Made by a program: the position numbers and the translations under genes | In this document: one piece after another, positions 10,945 through 21,102 of the stretch | Numbering within the stretch: the first letter of the stretch is position 1 | Layout: every line of letters begins with the position of its first letter | DNA from: Gammaproteobacteria bacterium | GTDB lineage: Bacteria; Pseudomonadota; Gammaproteobacteria; Eutrophobiales; Eutrophobiaceae | Direction: 5' to 3' | DNA length: 64,000 bases | Assembly (NCBI GenBank): GCA_965243205.1 | Contig: CBDEUK010000002.1 | Span: forward strand, 1,120,001 to 1,184,000 | The notes under the pieces: generated by a model | What the model was told of the DNA's origin: nothing | The model's database searches: none | What the model saw: the letters and a program-made list of their open reading frames with translations, nothing else

Positions 10945-11646
10945 TTAATAAACTCTTCTGACAACCACTTTTGCTACAGGGTTCCGCCAGTCATAAGTAA
11001 AAGGACCTAAAATCTCGTTGCCATCTTCATCCACATCACCTAAATCGTGAAAACCATTACTGATATGAACAAAGCCTTCATCGTTATCAGCAGGTGCAGA
11101 AACTGCTTCACCACCACAACGCGGCCCAGGAATATTGATACATAACTGGTCATTGAATTCAGAACCCGCATCATATGCTTGTAAATAGAATGTTCGAGAA
11201 CCAAAGCGAGGTAATCTAGCAGAATCTAATGCTACAAATGTATCATTGGTTGGGATTAACATTGCTCCAACGCTCAAACGATTGGTTCTGCGTGTAGTTT
11301 GCAAAATGGTTGAAGCTGACTGACCTGGTGCGAGTAAACCAGCAATCGTTTGCACATCGCTAACTCGGCGACCTAATGATGCCAATACATTAGTTAATGG
11401 TTCGGTATTCCCGGCCTCAGCTAAAATAGCTAACTCCTCACTAGCTGGCGCACCCAGTTCAAACAAAGCAACATTTGCACGATGGGAAACAACCAATTGA
11501 GGGGTGAAAGTTTGCCCTTTCGTGATATTCGTTATAGTAACTTCATAACCACGTGAATAATTATAATCATCATCCGCATGTGCTGTAGAAATAGACAAAG
11601 AAACGCCGAAAGTAATCGCGACGAGAGACTTCAATAATGCTTGCAT
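10945..11646 (-). CDS. Secreted spondin_N-domain protein
   Basis: Signal peptide (AHA), YEVTITN, FTP, LAEAG, MLIPTNDTF, YDAGSE motifs typical of bacterial spondin domains. Confidence 0.8.
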   Translation of the reverse strand: MQALLKSLVAITFGVSLSISTAHADDDYNYSRGYEVTITNITKGQTFTPQLVVSHRANVALFELGAPASEELAILAEAGNTEPLTNVLASLGRRVSDVQTIAGLLAPGQSASTILQTTRRTNRLSVGAMLIPTNDTFVALDSARLPRFGSRTFYLQAYDAGSEFNDQLCINIPGPRCGGEAVSAPADNDEGFVHISNGFHDLGDVDEDGNEILGPFTYDWRNPVAKVVVRRVY

Positions 11647-11704
11647 GGGTATTACTCCTATAGAAATTAATTGCCATTAAGGCAGTGATTTAACTAAGAA
11701 GTAA

Positions 11705-11730
11705 TTCGTAAGTGGGACTAAAAAAGTGAC
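11705..11730 (-). promoter_or_regulatory. Putative ECF16/SigF-type promoter of the spondin gene
   Basis: Minus strand GTCACT-N16-CGAA versus recalled SigF consensus GTAACC-N16-CGAA. Confidence 0.55.
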
Positions 11731-11786
11731 AAAAAAATTATTAAGATTATGTTACATATCCAAGCAATAAATAAATCCTAAAGTAA

Positions 11787-12188
11787 TTATTCCTTAGGCC
11801 TTACATATAAAACTAAACTATGTTCCTCTAGTTCATAGCCATGTTCATTAGCAATTTCGCGTTGTAAACGCTCAATTTCATCATTATGAAACTCAATGAC
11901 TTTGCCAGTTTTTAAGCACACCATATGATCATGATGCTCACCTTTGTTTAGCTCAAAAACTGAATGTCCTGAATCGAAATTATGGCGAATCACTAAGCCT
12001 GCTGCCTCGAACTGGGTTAAAACTCGGTATACCGTTGCCAAACCTACCTCTTCACCGGCATCCATAAGCAATTTGAATACATCTTCAGCGCTTAGATGCT
12101 TTTCGTTCGAATCTTCCAACATTTGTAAAATACGGATTCTTGGTAAAGTGGCTTTCAAACCAGCTTCTTTCAATTCGGCAGATTTCAT
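11787..12188 (-). CDS. fur: Ferric uptake regulator Fur
   Basis: GLKATLPR, HLSAEDV, GLATVYRVLTQFE, HHDHMVC. Confidence 0.98.
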   Translation of the reverse strand: MKSAELKEAGLKATLPRIRILQMLEDSNEKHLSAEDVFKLLMDAGEEVGLATVYRVLTQFEAAGLVIRHNFDSGHSVFELNKGEHHDHMVCLKTGKVIEFHNDEIERLQREIANEHGYELEEHSLVLYVRPKE

Positions 12189-12329
12189 AATAGCTCCTAA
12201 ATATTGGTCAATTAGACCTAGTCATCTTATTTTTGGCGATTATACTGAATCCGCATTTGAAAGTCCCTGCTGTCGCGAATTAGTTTTTAGGCTAGAATGT
12301 GTCGTTTATAGAATTTTGGAATTTTACCC

Positions 12330-13115
12330 TTGAAATTACGTTTTTTCCTTCTGTTGCCCTTAAGCACCTTAATCGCTTGCACCTCTATTGAACAAGGTCA
12401 TGTGAAACCCCCATTGGTCTATCGTATTGATATTCAACAAGGAAATGAAATCACCCAAACTATGCTCAATAAACTCCGTGTGGGCATGGATGAACGACAG
12501 GTAAAATTTATCATGGGGACACCATTACTGGTTGATCCATTTCACCCTGAGCGTTGGGAATATTTGTATTTTAATCAAGAAGGCGGGGACGATGCGGAAT
12601 CTAGGCACATTTCTTTATACTTTAAAGATAAAAAACTCTCGCATATCAAAGGCGATGTCAAAGTAACTTATTTACCTATACTGGATGATGAAAAAAATAC
12701 CGAAAAATCGGTCAATGTCCCTGAAAGTTATGGTTATCGTGGCTTATTAGATCGTTGGTTTGATAACAAACCAGACCTGAATAAAAAAACCAAAGAAAAA
12801 TTTGAATCGATCGTGAATGAAAACATCGAGTCCGAAAAAGCCATCGAAGAAGAAATTGAGACGATCGCTGACTCTAGTGAAGACTCAAACATTACATCTG
12901 ATCTCTCTCAGTCAGATATTATTAATGATGTCGATTCTGCTTTGGAAATAGAAGATACAAAGACTGATGATGTCATATCCAGTGAAGGCCCTGTTGATGG
13001 AGACTACTCATTAAAGCCTGAAGATGAAGAGAGTGGTTTCTTTTCCAAAATGTGGGATAAGATCACCAATGATGAACCTGATTACGAATTTCTTGAGCCA
13101 AAAACTCAAGAATAA
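12330..13115 (+). CDS. bamE: Outer membrane assembly lipoprotein BamE/OmlA with long acidic C-terminal extension
   Basis: Lipobox LIAC, YRIDIQQGN, GM..QVKFIMGTP..DPFH..RWEY; divergent from fur. Confidence 0.92.
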   Translation: MKLRFFLLLPLSTLIACTSIEQGHVKPPLVYRIDIQQGNEITQTMLNKLRVGMDERQVKFIMGTPLLVDPFHPERWEYLYFNQEGGDDAESRHISLYFKDKKLSHIKGDVKVTYLPILDDEKNTEKSVNVPESYGYRGLLDRWFDNKPDLNKKTKEKFESIVNENIESEKAIEEEIETIADSSEDSNITSDLSQSDIINDVDSALEIEDTKTDDVISSEGPVDGDYSLKPEDEESGFFSKMWDKITNDEPDYEFLEPKTQE

Positions 13116-13138
13116 TTTATCTAATTAATCATTATTAA

Positions 13139-14053
13139 TTATTCTGGTAAAGAGATTTTCCCCTCACTGATTATTACTGCTGGCCCACCTACTCTCAGTG
13201 TTAATATGTCTTCGCCTTTATGATCCATCTCTATATTCAACACACTCTTACGAGTGTTTTTTTGCCCGCGATCAATTGCGAACGTGTGAGTACCTTGTTT
13301 AATATGTTCGTGATCACAAAGATAGGCCGTAAAAGCAGGCATTGCTGAAGCGATTGGAGGGTCTTCTTTCAAACTAATTTCAGGACCTAATAAGCGTGCA
13401 TGAAAATTCGAATATGCAATATCGCTTTCTTTGGTAAACAATAATATTTCTTTCGCCATACACATTGAAGCAATGCTTTGACTCCATGTTACATAATTAA
13501 ATTTCGCTTTTCGCACTGCTTGATAACTCTTCATCGGTACTATCAAATAAGCTTGATCGGTATACACCATTCGAGCCTTAAAATTTGAGTTATCTAAATC
13601 TTCTTCCTTGAGTGATAACGTTGAAGCAATATCTTTATCAACAGGCACGAAGCGATCGATTGTCGGTTTAGTTTGTCTGGAAAATTGAACTAAGGTTGCT
13701 TTGCCATCTTGTTGACTAATATTTGCTTCAATCACACCAATATTTTGTTCTAACGTTAATGGTGTATGGGGTTCTTGCAAAGTCAGTTCACCTTCTGCAA
13801 CTAATGCATAGCCAACAGCTATTATCGGATGACCTGCAAAATCAATTTCCGAATACGGAGTAAAAATTCGCATGCGTCTTTTCCCAGAACTATCTGCAGA
13901 AAATACAAACGCGGTTTCTGAAAGATTCAGCTCTCGAGCAAGTAATTGCATTTGAGTTTTTTCTAAACCATCTGCTTGAGGAAAAACAGCTATTTGTGCA
14001 CCATCAAATGCGTTTTCAGTAAATACATCGATTATATAATAGTTAAGTTGCAC
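13139..14053 (-). CDS. PhzF-family isomerase-like protein
   Basis: DVFT, MQ.LARELNLSETAFV, RIFTP..EIDFAGHP, EDP. Confidence 0.9.
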   Translation of the reverse strand: MQLNYYIIDVFTENAFDGAQIAVFPQADGLEKTQMQLLARELNLSETAFVFSADSSGKRRMRIFTPYSEIDFAGHPIIAVGYALVAEGELTLQEPHTPLTLEQNIGVIEANISQQDGKATLVQFSRQTKPTIDRFVPVDKDIASTLSLKEEDLDNSNFKARMVYTDQAYLIVPMKSYQAVRKAKFNYVTWSQSIASMCMAKEILLFTKESDIAYSNFHARLLGPEISLKEDPPIASAMPAFTAYLCDHEHIKQGTHTFAIDRGQKNTRKSVLNIEMDHKGEDILTLRVGGPAVIISEGKISLPE

Positions 14054-14075
14054 GGTTTTTTTCCAATTATTCTTA

Positions 14076-16748
14076 TTAAACTATAACTTCACATTTACTC
14101 ATTAAACATTTTAATTCTGGTTTACAACTACCACAATTGGTTCCAGCTTTTAATTCTTTACCAATAGCTTCTACATTTTCTGGATGATATGCATTAATAA
14201 AATCAATAATGGCATTTTCACCCACATTAAAACATGAGCAAACAATAGGGCCTGGATCAGGAATATCTGCTCCGGACGTTGCTACAACTAACTTCGCACG
14301 TTGTTCTTGCTCGATTGATAATTCCGTAAACTGTTCAGTTAACCATTCGCGTGGTGGTAAATTTTTATACTCTAATGAAGCAAAGATACAACCCTGCATT
14401 CCAGTTTGATCAAACCAAAAATAACGAGTTGAATCATTTAATTCATCGTTATATTCAATCCATTCATATTCATTATTACCAAGTAATGATTTAAACCAAT
14501 CTAAATCATAAATCGTTATATCAGAAAACTCATAGCGCCAGTTATCTTGCTCACGTAATTTAGACCAATAAGCCATTTCACTTATATCAAGTTCTTCACG
14601 TGCTAAGATAAAACCAAACCATTTATGTTCTATTGGTTTTATATTCACTGGTGTGTGTTTAAATTCTGGTTGGCCTGAAATCGGATCGACATGCGGGTTT
14701 ACCACCGCATCTACGCGAGCTTTTGCTGAAAACTGATTATTCCAATGCAGTGGTATAAACACTTCACCAACACGTTGGCGCTCTGTAACATCCGCTCGGA
14801 CAATCACTGTGCCCCATTGACTATTAATCTCTACCAAACCTTCGTGTTCAATATTAAATTCTTTAGCGGTAGTTGGATGACATTGAATAAATGGTTCTTT
14901 AATGTGTCGGGACAAACGTTGTGATTTACCAGTACGATTCATGGTATGCCAATGATCACGGACTCGACCCGTATTCAAAATCAAAGGATATTCATCATTT
15001 AATGTTTCAACAGGTAATCTTGGTTCAATAGGAATAAATTTGGCTTTTTTATCTGGAGTATAAAATGTTCCGTCGGTAAATAAACGTTGTGTACCCTCTG
15101 GATTACTTTTCGTTACTGGCCATTGTATAGGCATTAACGCATCGTAAGCTTCGTTAGTAATATCGGATAGTCCGCTGATATCAAAATCACGTTGTCCTGT
15201 ATTTTCAAACCCTGAAAGTTCTGCATGTTCACGAAAGACATCTGCAGCGTTTTCATAATCAAAGCCTTTAGAAAAACCCATGCGCTTAGCAACTTCTGCG
15301 ACTAACCACCAATCAGGTTTTGCATCACCCATTGGCGTTAGGAATGTTCGTTGTCTGGAAATACGTCGTTCTGAATTGGTGACGGTGCCTGATTTTTCCG
15401 CCCATGCATGTGCAGGTAATAAGATATCAGCATACTCTGTACTATCTGTTTCTTTAATGCATTCAGAGACGACGACTAAATCGCATTTTTTTATCGCTGC
15501 TTTTACTAAATCCGCATTGGGAATACTTACTGCAGGATTCGTTGCCATAATCCACACAGCTTTAACTTTACCTGCATGTACATCATTGAATAAATCGACG
15601 GCTTTTAAACCAGGTTGTTTTGCAATCGTTGGTGAATTCCAAAAACGTTGTACGCAATCGGTATCTGATTCAGAAAAATCCATATGTGCAGCCAGAGTAC
15701 TGGCTAAACCACCAACTTCGCGCCCACCCATCGCATTGGGTTGACCCGTAATAGAAAACGCACCCATACCAGGTTTACCAATCTTGCCAGAAGCTAAGTG
15801 TGCATTAATGATACTATTAACTTTATCAACACCACTTGACGATTGATTAATTCCCATTGAAAAGAAACTAATCACTTTTTCAGTTTTAGTGAACAACTCA
15901 TAAAAACGTTTTATAAGTTCGACATCTATTTCACAAACATTAGCAACCATTTCAATATCAGGTGCAGTTTGTTTAGCTATTTTTATAGCTTCAGCAAAAC
16001 CATTGGTATTCGTTTCGATATAATCTTTATCTAAATAATCATTGTCAGATAGATAAGACAATAGCCCATTATAGAGAACAGCATCTGTTCCAGGTTTAAT
16101 CGGTAGATGTTCATTTGCTGTATCACAAGAGCTTGTACGTCTTGGGTCAACAATCCATAATTGTAAATCTCGTTCTTGTCTTATCGCTTCAATACGTTGA
16201 AATAATACAGGATGACACCATGCTGGATTAGAACCTATCGCAATAATAACATCAGCTTGTTCTAAATCTTCATAACATAAACCGACAGCATCATTACCAA
16301 AAGCACGCTTGTGCCCTGCTACTGCTGAAGACATGCATAAACGTGAGTTTGTATCAATGTTTGCGCTGCCGATATAACCTTTCATGAGTTTATTAGCAAC
16401 GTAATAATCTTCCGTGAGGAGTTGGCCTGAAACATAAAAAGCAACGGCATCTGGACCATGTTCTTTAATAACATCACTAAAACCTTTTGCAACAGCGTCT
16501 AATGCATCATCAAGCCCAACATCTTCTTTATTAATAGAAGCTTTTAACAGTCGATGTTCAGAACTAACCGTTTCACCTAAGGCAGAACCTTTAGAACATA
16601 AACGTCCTAAATTTGCGGGATGGTTTTTATCACCTTCAACTGTAACCTGTCCATTAGCATCTTTCGTTGCAATAACACCGCAACCAACACCACAGTATGG
16701 GCATGTAGTTTTTACTTGTTGTGGAATATGTGATTCAGATGCAGTCAT
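14076..16748 (-). CDS. nasA: Assimilatory nitrate reductase catalytic subunit
   Basis: TTCPYCGVGCG...LCSKG 4Fe-4S motif, NSRLCMSSA, GQPNAMGGRE, C-terminal BFD 2Fe-2S (CSCF...CGSC). Confidence 0.95.
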   Translation of the reverse strand: MTASESHIPQQVKTTCPYCGVGCGVIATKDANGQVTVEGDKNHPANLGRLCSKGSALGETVSSEHRLLKASINKEDVGLDDALDAVAKGFSDVIKEHGPDAVAFYVSGQLLTEDYYVANKLMKGYIGSANIDTNSRLCMSSAVAGHKRAFGNDAVGLCYEDLEQADVIIAIGSNPAWCHPVLFQRIEAIRQERDLQLWIVDPRRTSSCDTANEHLPIKPGTDAVLYNGLLSYLSDNDYLDKDYIETNTNGFAEAIKIAKQTAPDIEMVANVCEIDVELIKRFYELFTKTEKVISFFSMGINQSSSGVDKVNSIINAHLASGKIGKPGMGAFSITGQPNAMGGREVGGLASTLAAHMDFSESDTDCVQRFWNSPTIAKQPGLKAVDLFNDVHAGKVKAVWIMATNPAVSIPNADLVKAAIKKCDLVVVSECIKETDSTEYADILLPAHAWAEKSGTVTNSERRISRQRTFLTPMGDAKPDWWLVAEVAKRMGFSKGFDYENAADVFREHAELSGFENTGQRDFDISGLSDITNEAYDALMPIQWPVTKSNPEGTQRLFTDGTFYTPDKKAKFIPIEPRLPVETLNDEYPLILNTGRVRDHWHTMNRTGKSQRLSRHIKEPFIQCHPTTAKEFNIEHEGLVEINSQWGTVIVRADVTERQRVGEVFIPLHWNNQFSAKARVDAVVNPHVDPISGQPEFKHTPVNIKPIEHKWFGFILAREELDISEMAYWSKLREQDNWRYEFSDITIYDLDWFKSLLGNNEYEWIEYNDELNDSTRYFWFDQTGMQGCIFASLEYKNLPPREWLTEQFTELSIEQEQRAKLVVATSGADIPDPGPIVCSCFNVGENAIIDFINAYHPENVEAIGKELKAGTNCGSCKPELKCLMSKCEVIV

Positions 16749-16750
16749 TA

Positions 16751-18004
16751 TTAAGCGGCTTGCGATTGTGATTCATCTGATGTTTCTTGAGGTATGTAAT
16801 CTGAACCAAACATGATAAAAGATTTATAAGGTGTGATATCTTCTTGCGATTGTATTAACTCTTGATACCAAAGAGATGAATTAATATCACCATATAACAA
16901 TGCACCGATGAGTAGATTTTCTTTAAACACTAATTTTCGATAAATGCCTTTTGCATCGTCATTTAAAGTGATTACTTTACACTGATCATCTTCAAGAAAT
17001 TGTCCTGCTGAAAATAAACTCACGCCAGTTACTTTTAAACCTGTTGCAGTAACTGAACCTTCATAACTTACATTTGTATTTGCACAAATATTTTTCGCGC
17101 AAATTTCCGCTTGTTCATACAATGGAGCCACTAAGCCATAGCATGTATCTCTATGCTGAACGCATTCACCTAAGGCATAAATATTTGGATCAGAAGTTTG
17201 CAAATAGTCATTGACTAAAATCCCACGTTCACATTCTAGTTCCGTAGATTGAGCTAATGAGATATTTGGTCTTATACCAACAGTCATTACCACAAGATCT
17301 GTTTCTAATACTGTTCCATCACTTAATTCTAACGATTCAACATGATCGTTTTTTCCATTGATCGATTTTGTATTCGCTTCTGTTAGAATTTTTATGCCTT
17401 TATCTTCAAGCGATCTAATTAGCATATTGGAAGCTGTAGCATCCAATTGATTTTCCATTAGAACAGGGCCAAGGTGTAATACCGTAACATTCATGCCTTG
17501 AGTCTTTAAACCATACGCCGCTTCAAGTCCTAATAGGCCGCCACCGATCACTACCGCATTGGATTTAGATTGAGCCGTTTCCATCATGGCATCAACATCC
17601 TCAATGGTGCGATAAGTTAAAACACTATTTAAATCAAAACCTGGAATGGGTGGGACGAAAGGATTCGAGCCTGTGGCAATAATGAGTTTATCGTAGTTGT
17701 AAGATCGGTTTTCATGATCAGTAACGAATTGCTTTTCACGATCAATCTCAATAATGGTTTTACCTGTCAGTAATGTAATATTATTTTTTTCATACCATTC
17801 AACTGGATGAGTAATAATATCTTCTAACGTTTGTTCTCCCGATAGTAAGGGTGACAATAAAATACGGTTGTATCCACCATGTGATTCACTACCAAACACT
17901 GTAATGTCATAAGGGTGGTTTTCTTGGTCTATTAGATGTTCTAAAAAACGAACACCAGCCATTCCATTGCCTATTAAAATCAGTTTTTGTTTGTCGTGTG
18001 ACAT
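16751..18004 (-). CDS. nasC: NAD(P)H/FAD electron-transfer subunit of assimilatory nitrate reductase (NasC-type, NirB N-terminal-like)
   Basis: IGNGMAG, YNRILLS, GGGLLGLEAA, YALGEC; lacks siroheme and BFD domains; 2-bp gap to nasA. Confidence 0.7.
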   Translation of the reverse strand: MSHDKQKLILIGNGMAGVRFLEHLIDQENHPYDITVFGSESHGGYNRILLSPLLSGEQTLEDIITHPVEWYEKNNITLLTGKTIIEIDREKQFVTDHENRSYNYDKLIIATGSNPFVPPIPGFDLNSVLTYRTIEDVDAMMETAQSKSNAVVIGGGLLGLEAAYGLKTQGMNVTVLHLGPVLMENQLDATASNMLIRSLEDKGIKILTEANTKSINGKNDHVESLELSDGTVLETDLVVMTVGIRPNISLAQSTELECERGILVNDYLQTSDPNIYALGECVQHRDTCYGLVAPLYEQAEICAKNICANTNVSYEGSVTATGLKVTGVSLFSAGQFLEDDQCKVITLNDDAKGIYRKLVFKENLLIGALLYGDINSSLWYQELIQSQEDITPYKSFIMFGSDYIPQETSDESQSQAA

Positions 18005-18012
18005 ATCAAAAA

Positions 18013-18366
18013 CTATTCCGAGATTTGAATCATGCCATCAATGACTCTGACTTGGTAAACAGGGAGCTTTACCGCTTCATCTTCAAGACATTGTCCATCC
18101 GCTAAATTGAAATGTTGTTTATAGATAGGCGATGCTACAACCGCTTGCCCTTTTAAATCACCACAGATACCGCGTGATATCACATTAGCATCACTGAACG
18201 GATCGTAGTTATCTATGGCGTAGATATCACCGTTATCATGTTTAAAAATTGCTACTTGATGTTCACCCAATAAGGCACATACACCAATGTTCTTAACTAA
18301 TTCGCTTTCCGGTAAAACCTCTAGCCAATCAGCTTCTACAAGATTTGCACTTGCTTCGCTCATCAT
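18013..18366 (-). CDS. nirD: Nitrite reductase small subunit
   Basis: YAIDNYDPFSDANVISRG, VASPIYKQHF.L..G.CLE. Confidence 0.95.
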   Translation of the reverse strand: MMSEASANLVEADWLEVLPESELVKNIGVCALLGEHQVAIFKHDNGDIYAIDNYDPFSDANVISRGICGDLKGQAVVASPIYKQHFNLADGQCLEDEAVKLPVYQVRVIDGMIQISE

Positions 18367-18385
18367 AATTCAACCCTTAAATTAA

Positions 18386-20920
18386 CTATGCCGACTGGGC
18401 GTATTCTTTTTCTTCTTCTTTTGTTGCAGGACGTATTTGTTCACGTTCTTCAACAAAAATAACTTTATTATCTGTTTTATCGCTGTTTACAAAATGTCTG
18501 AAACGTTTCATTTTGACAGGATCCTCAATCGTTGTTTTCCATTCACATTGATATGTATCGACAATATGCTCCATTTCTTTTTCTAACTCTTCAGCAATAC
18601 CAAGACGATCGTTAATAATCACATCTTGTAAATATTCTAATCCGCCTTCCAAGTTATCCATCCATGTAGATGTGCGTTGTAATTTATCCGCCGTTCGAAT
18701 GTAAAACATATAAAAACGGTCAATGTATTTAACCAAAGTTTCATCATCTAAATCTGATGCGAATAAATCAGCATGACGCGGCTTCATGCCACCATTACCA
18801 CACACATATAAATTCCAACCTTTTTCCGTTGCAATCACACCAACATCTTTACTCTGAGCCTCAGCACATTCACGTGTACAACCTGAAACTGCCATTTTTA
18901 CTTTATGCGGTGTACGTAAACCTTTGTAACGATTTTCTAAATCTATTGCCATTTTCACACTGTCTTGTACGCCATAACGACACCAAGTACTGCCAACACA
19001 TGATTTAACGGTTCTTAAAGATTTTGCATATGCATGGCCTGATTCAAAGCCAGCATCGATTAACTCTTGCCAGATATGAGGAAGCTGATCAACTCGCGCA
19101 CCGAATAAATCAATACGCTGTCCACCAGTTATCTTGGTATATAAATTATATTTTTTAGCAACCTCACCAATTGCTATCAATGCTTCAGGTGTTAACTCAC
19201 CACCTGCTACACGAGGCACAACAGAATACGTACCATTCTTTTGCATATTTGCTAAGAAATGATCATTGGTATCCAATAAAGGCGCATGTTCATCCTTAAG
19301 AATGTAATCATTCCAACAAGATGCCAAGATAGAAGCAACTGCTGGCTTACAAACATCACATCCATGACCTGTACCATGACGAGCGATCAGTTCATCAAAC
19401 GTTTTTATCTTTTCTGAACGAATGATCATATATAAATCTTGGCGGGTATACGGAAAGTGTTCACAGATATCTGTATTGACTTCCACACCACGCTTTTCTA
19501 ATTCAGCATTTAATACTTGTCCAACCATGACCGCACAACCACCACAGGTTGTACCAGCTTTAGTACAATCTTTTAATTCACCTAAAGTTTGAATGCCTCC
19601 GTCTATGGCTTCGACCAAATCGCCTTTGCTCACCATGTTACAAGAACAAATCACAGCGCTTTCTGGTAAAGCATCAACACCTAACCCTATAGATGCGCTG
19701 CCTTCACGTTGAGGAAGAATCAAATCATCTGGATGTTCAGGCAATTCCATCGCATTTAAAGAAAATTGCAGCAAATTATTATAATCGTCTGCATCACCTA
19801 TCAGTACAGCACCGAGAAGTAACTTTTTATCTTCACTGACGATGATTTTTTTATAAACTTCATTTACTTCATCGGTGAATGAGTAAGACATTGAACCTTC
19901 AGTATTGCCATGAGCATCGCCGATACTACAAACATCAACACCTAGTAATTTTAATTTGGTGCTCATATCAGCACCTTCAAATGATGAACCTTCTTTACCA
20001 CATAATTGATCAGCAACAACTGATGCCATGTTATAACCAGGTGCGACTAAACCAAAAATTTGCTGATTCCATAAAGCACACTCACCTATGGCATAAATAT
20101 CATCATCAGATGTTTTACAATCATTGTTAATAACAATACCGCCACGTTGACCAATTTCTAAATCACAATCACGTGCTATTTCATCTCGAGGACGTATGCC
20201 TGCAGAAAAAACGATAACGTCTGTTTCTAATTCATCACCATCAGCAAACACCATTTTATGTTTATGATTTTCACCATCAATAATCTCTGTGGTATTTTTA
20301 GAGGTATGAACTTTAACGTCTAACGCTTCGATCTTACGGCTTAGCATTGAACCGCCTGCATCATCTAATTGAACAGCCATTAAACGTGGAGCGAATTCAA
20401 CAACATGTGTATCTAAACCTAAATTCTTTATTGCATTGGCGCACTCAAGTCCTAATAAACCACCACCAACAACAACACCAACACCACCTTCTTTACCTGC
20501 TGCGGTAATTTGTTCTAAGTCTTCTATAGTTCGATAAACTAAACAGTTATTTCTATCATGTCCTGGAACAGGTGGAACGAAAGGATAAGAACCCGTTGCT
20601 AATACTAGTTTGTCATAACCAATGGTTTCGCCTTTTTCAGAAATAACTTGTTTATTCTCACGATCAATTTTGATGGCTTTATCACCAAGATGAACAGTGA
20701 TGTTATTGTTTTCAAAAAAACCTTCCTTAACCATTGAGAGTTCTTCAGCGGTCTTACCTGAAAAATATTCTGATAAGTGCACTCGATCATATGCAGGACG
20801 CGGTTCTTCGCAAAAGGTAATGATATTGTATTGGTCTTGAGCATTTCGTTCGGTTAGATATTCAAGAAAGGTATGACCAACCATACCGTTACCAATAACG
20901 ACTAAATTTTGTTTATTCAT
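18386..20920 (-). CDS. nirB: NADH-dependent siroheme nitrite reductase large subunit
   Basis: IGNGMVG, two BFD domains, KSCVGSTWCRYG, SGCTRECAEA. Confidence 0.97.
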   Translation of the reverse strand: MNKQNLVVIGNGMVGHTFLEYLTERNAQDQYNIITFCEEPRPAYDRVHLSEYFSGKTAEELSMVKEGFFENNNITVHLGDKAIKIDRENKQVISEKGETIGYDKLVLATGSYPFVPPVPGHDRNNCLVYRTIEDLEQITAAGKEGGVGVVVGGGLLGLECANAIKNLGLDTHVVEFAPRLMAVQLDDAGGSMLSRKIEALDVKVHTSKNTTEIIDGENHKHKMVFADGDELETDVIVFSAGIRPRDEIARDCDLEIGQRGGIVINNDCKTSDDDIYAIGECALWNQQIFGLVAPGYNMASVVADQLCGKEGSSFEGADMSTKLKLLGVDVCSIGDAHGNTEGSMSYSFTDEVNEVYKKIIVSEDKKLLLGAVLIGDADDYNNLLQFSLNAMELPEHPDDLILPQREGSASIGLGVDALPESAVICSCNMVSKGDLVEAIDGGIQTLGELKDCTKAGTTCGGCAVMVGQVLNAELEKRGVEVNTDICEHFPYTRQDLYMIIRSEKIKTFDELIARHGTGHGCDVCKPAVASILASCWNDYILKDEHAPLLDTNDHFLANMQKNGTYSVVPRVAGGELTPEALIAIGEVAKKYNLYTKITGGQRIDLFGARVDQLPHIWQELIDAGFESGHAYAKSLRTVKSCVGSTWCRYGVQDSVKMAIDLENRYKGLRTPHKVKMAVSGCTRECAEAQSKDVGVIATEKGWNLYVCGNGGMKPRHADLFASDLDDETLVKYIDRFYMFYIRTADKLQRTSTWMDNLEGGLEYLQDVIINDRLGIAEELEKEMEHIVDTYQCEWKTTIEDPVKMKRFRHFVNSDKTDNKVIFVEEREQIRPATKEEEKEYAQSA

Positions 20921-20963
20921 GTAGTGAACTTCTTAAGAAATGTTATTACTTGAAGGTATAAAT

Positions 20964-20979
20964 AGCAGAGAATGTGCCA
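20964..20979 (-). promoter_or_regulatory. sigma54 promoter of the nirB operon
   Basis: TGGCACATTCTCTGCT (GG-N10-GC). Confidence 0.85.
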
Positions 20980-21053
20980 TAATCGAGCATCAACTTAACT
21001 CATTGAATTAATTATAAAAATATAATTATTTTTGCCTAAGCTGATTCATAAAA

Positions 21054-21101
21054 TGCTTCATTGTTGAGCGTCAAAAAATGACTGCGCACTAAAAAAGAGC
21101 G
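21054..21101. promoter_or_regulatory. Tandem NtrC-like enhancer sites upstream of nirB
   Basis: TGCTTCATTGTTGAGCG (21054-21070) and CGCACTAAAAAAGAGCG (21085-21101), 31 bp apart. Confidence 0.7.
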
Positions 21102-21102
21102 T

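Noticed and set aside
20921-20963. ANTAR hairpins in the nirB leader
   Set aside because: Searched, but no A1/G4 hexaloop pair or terminator was found in the short leader
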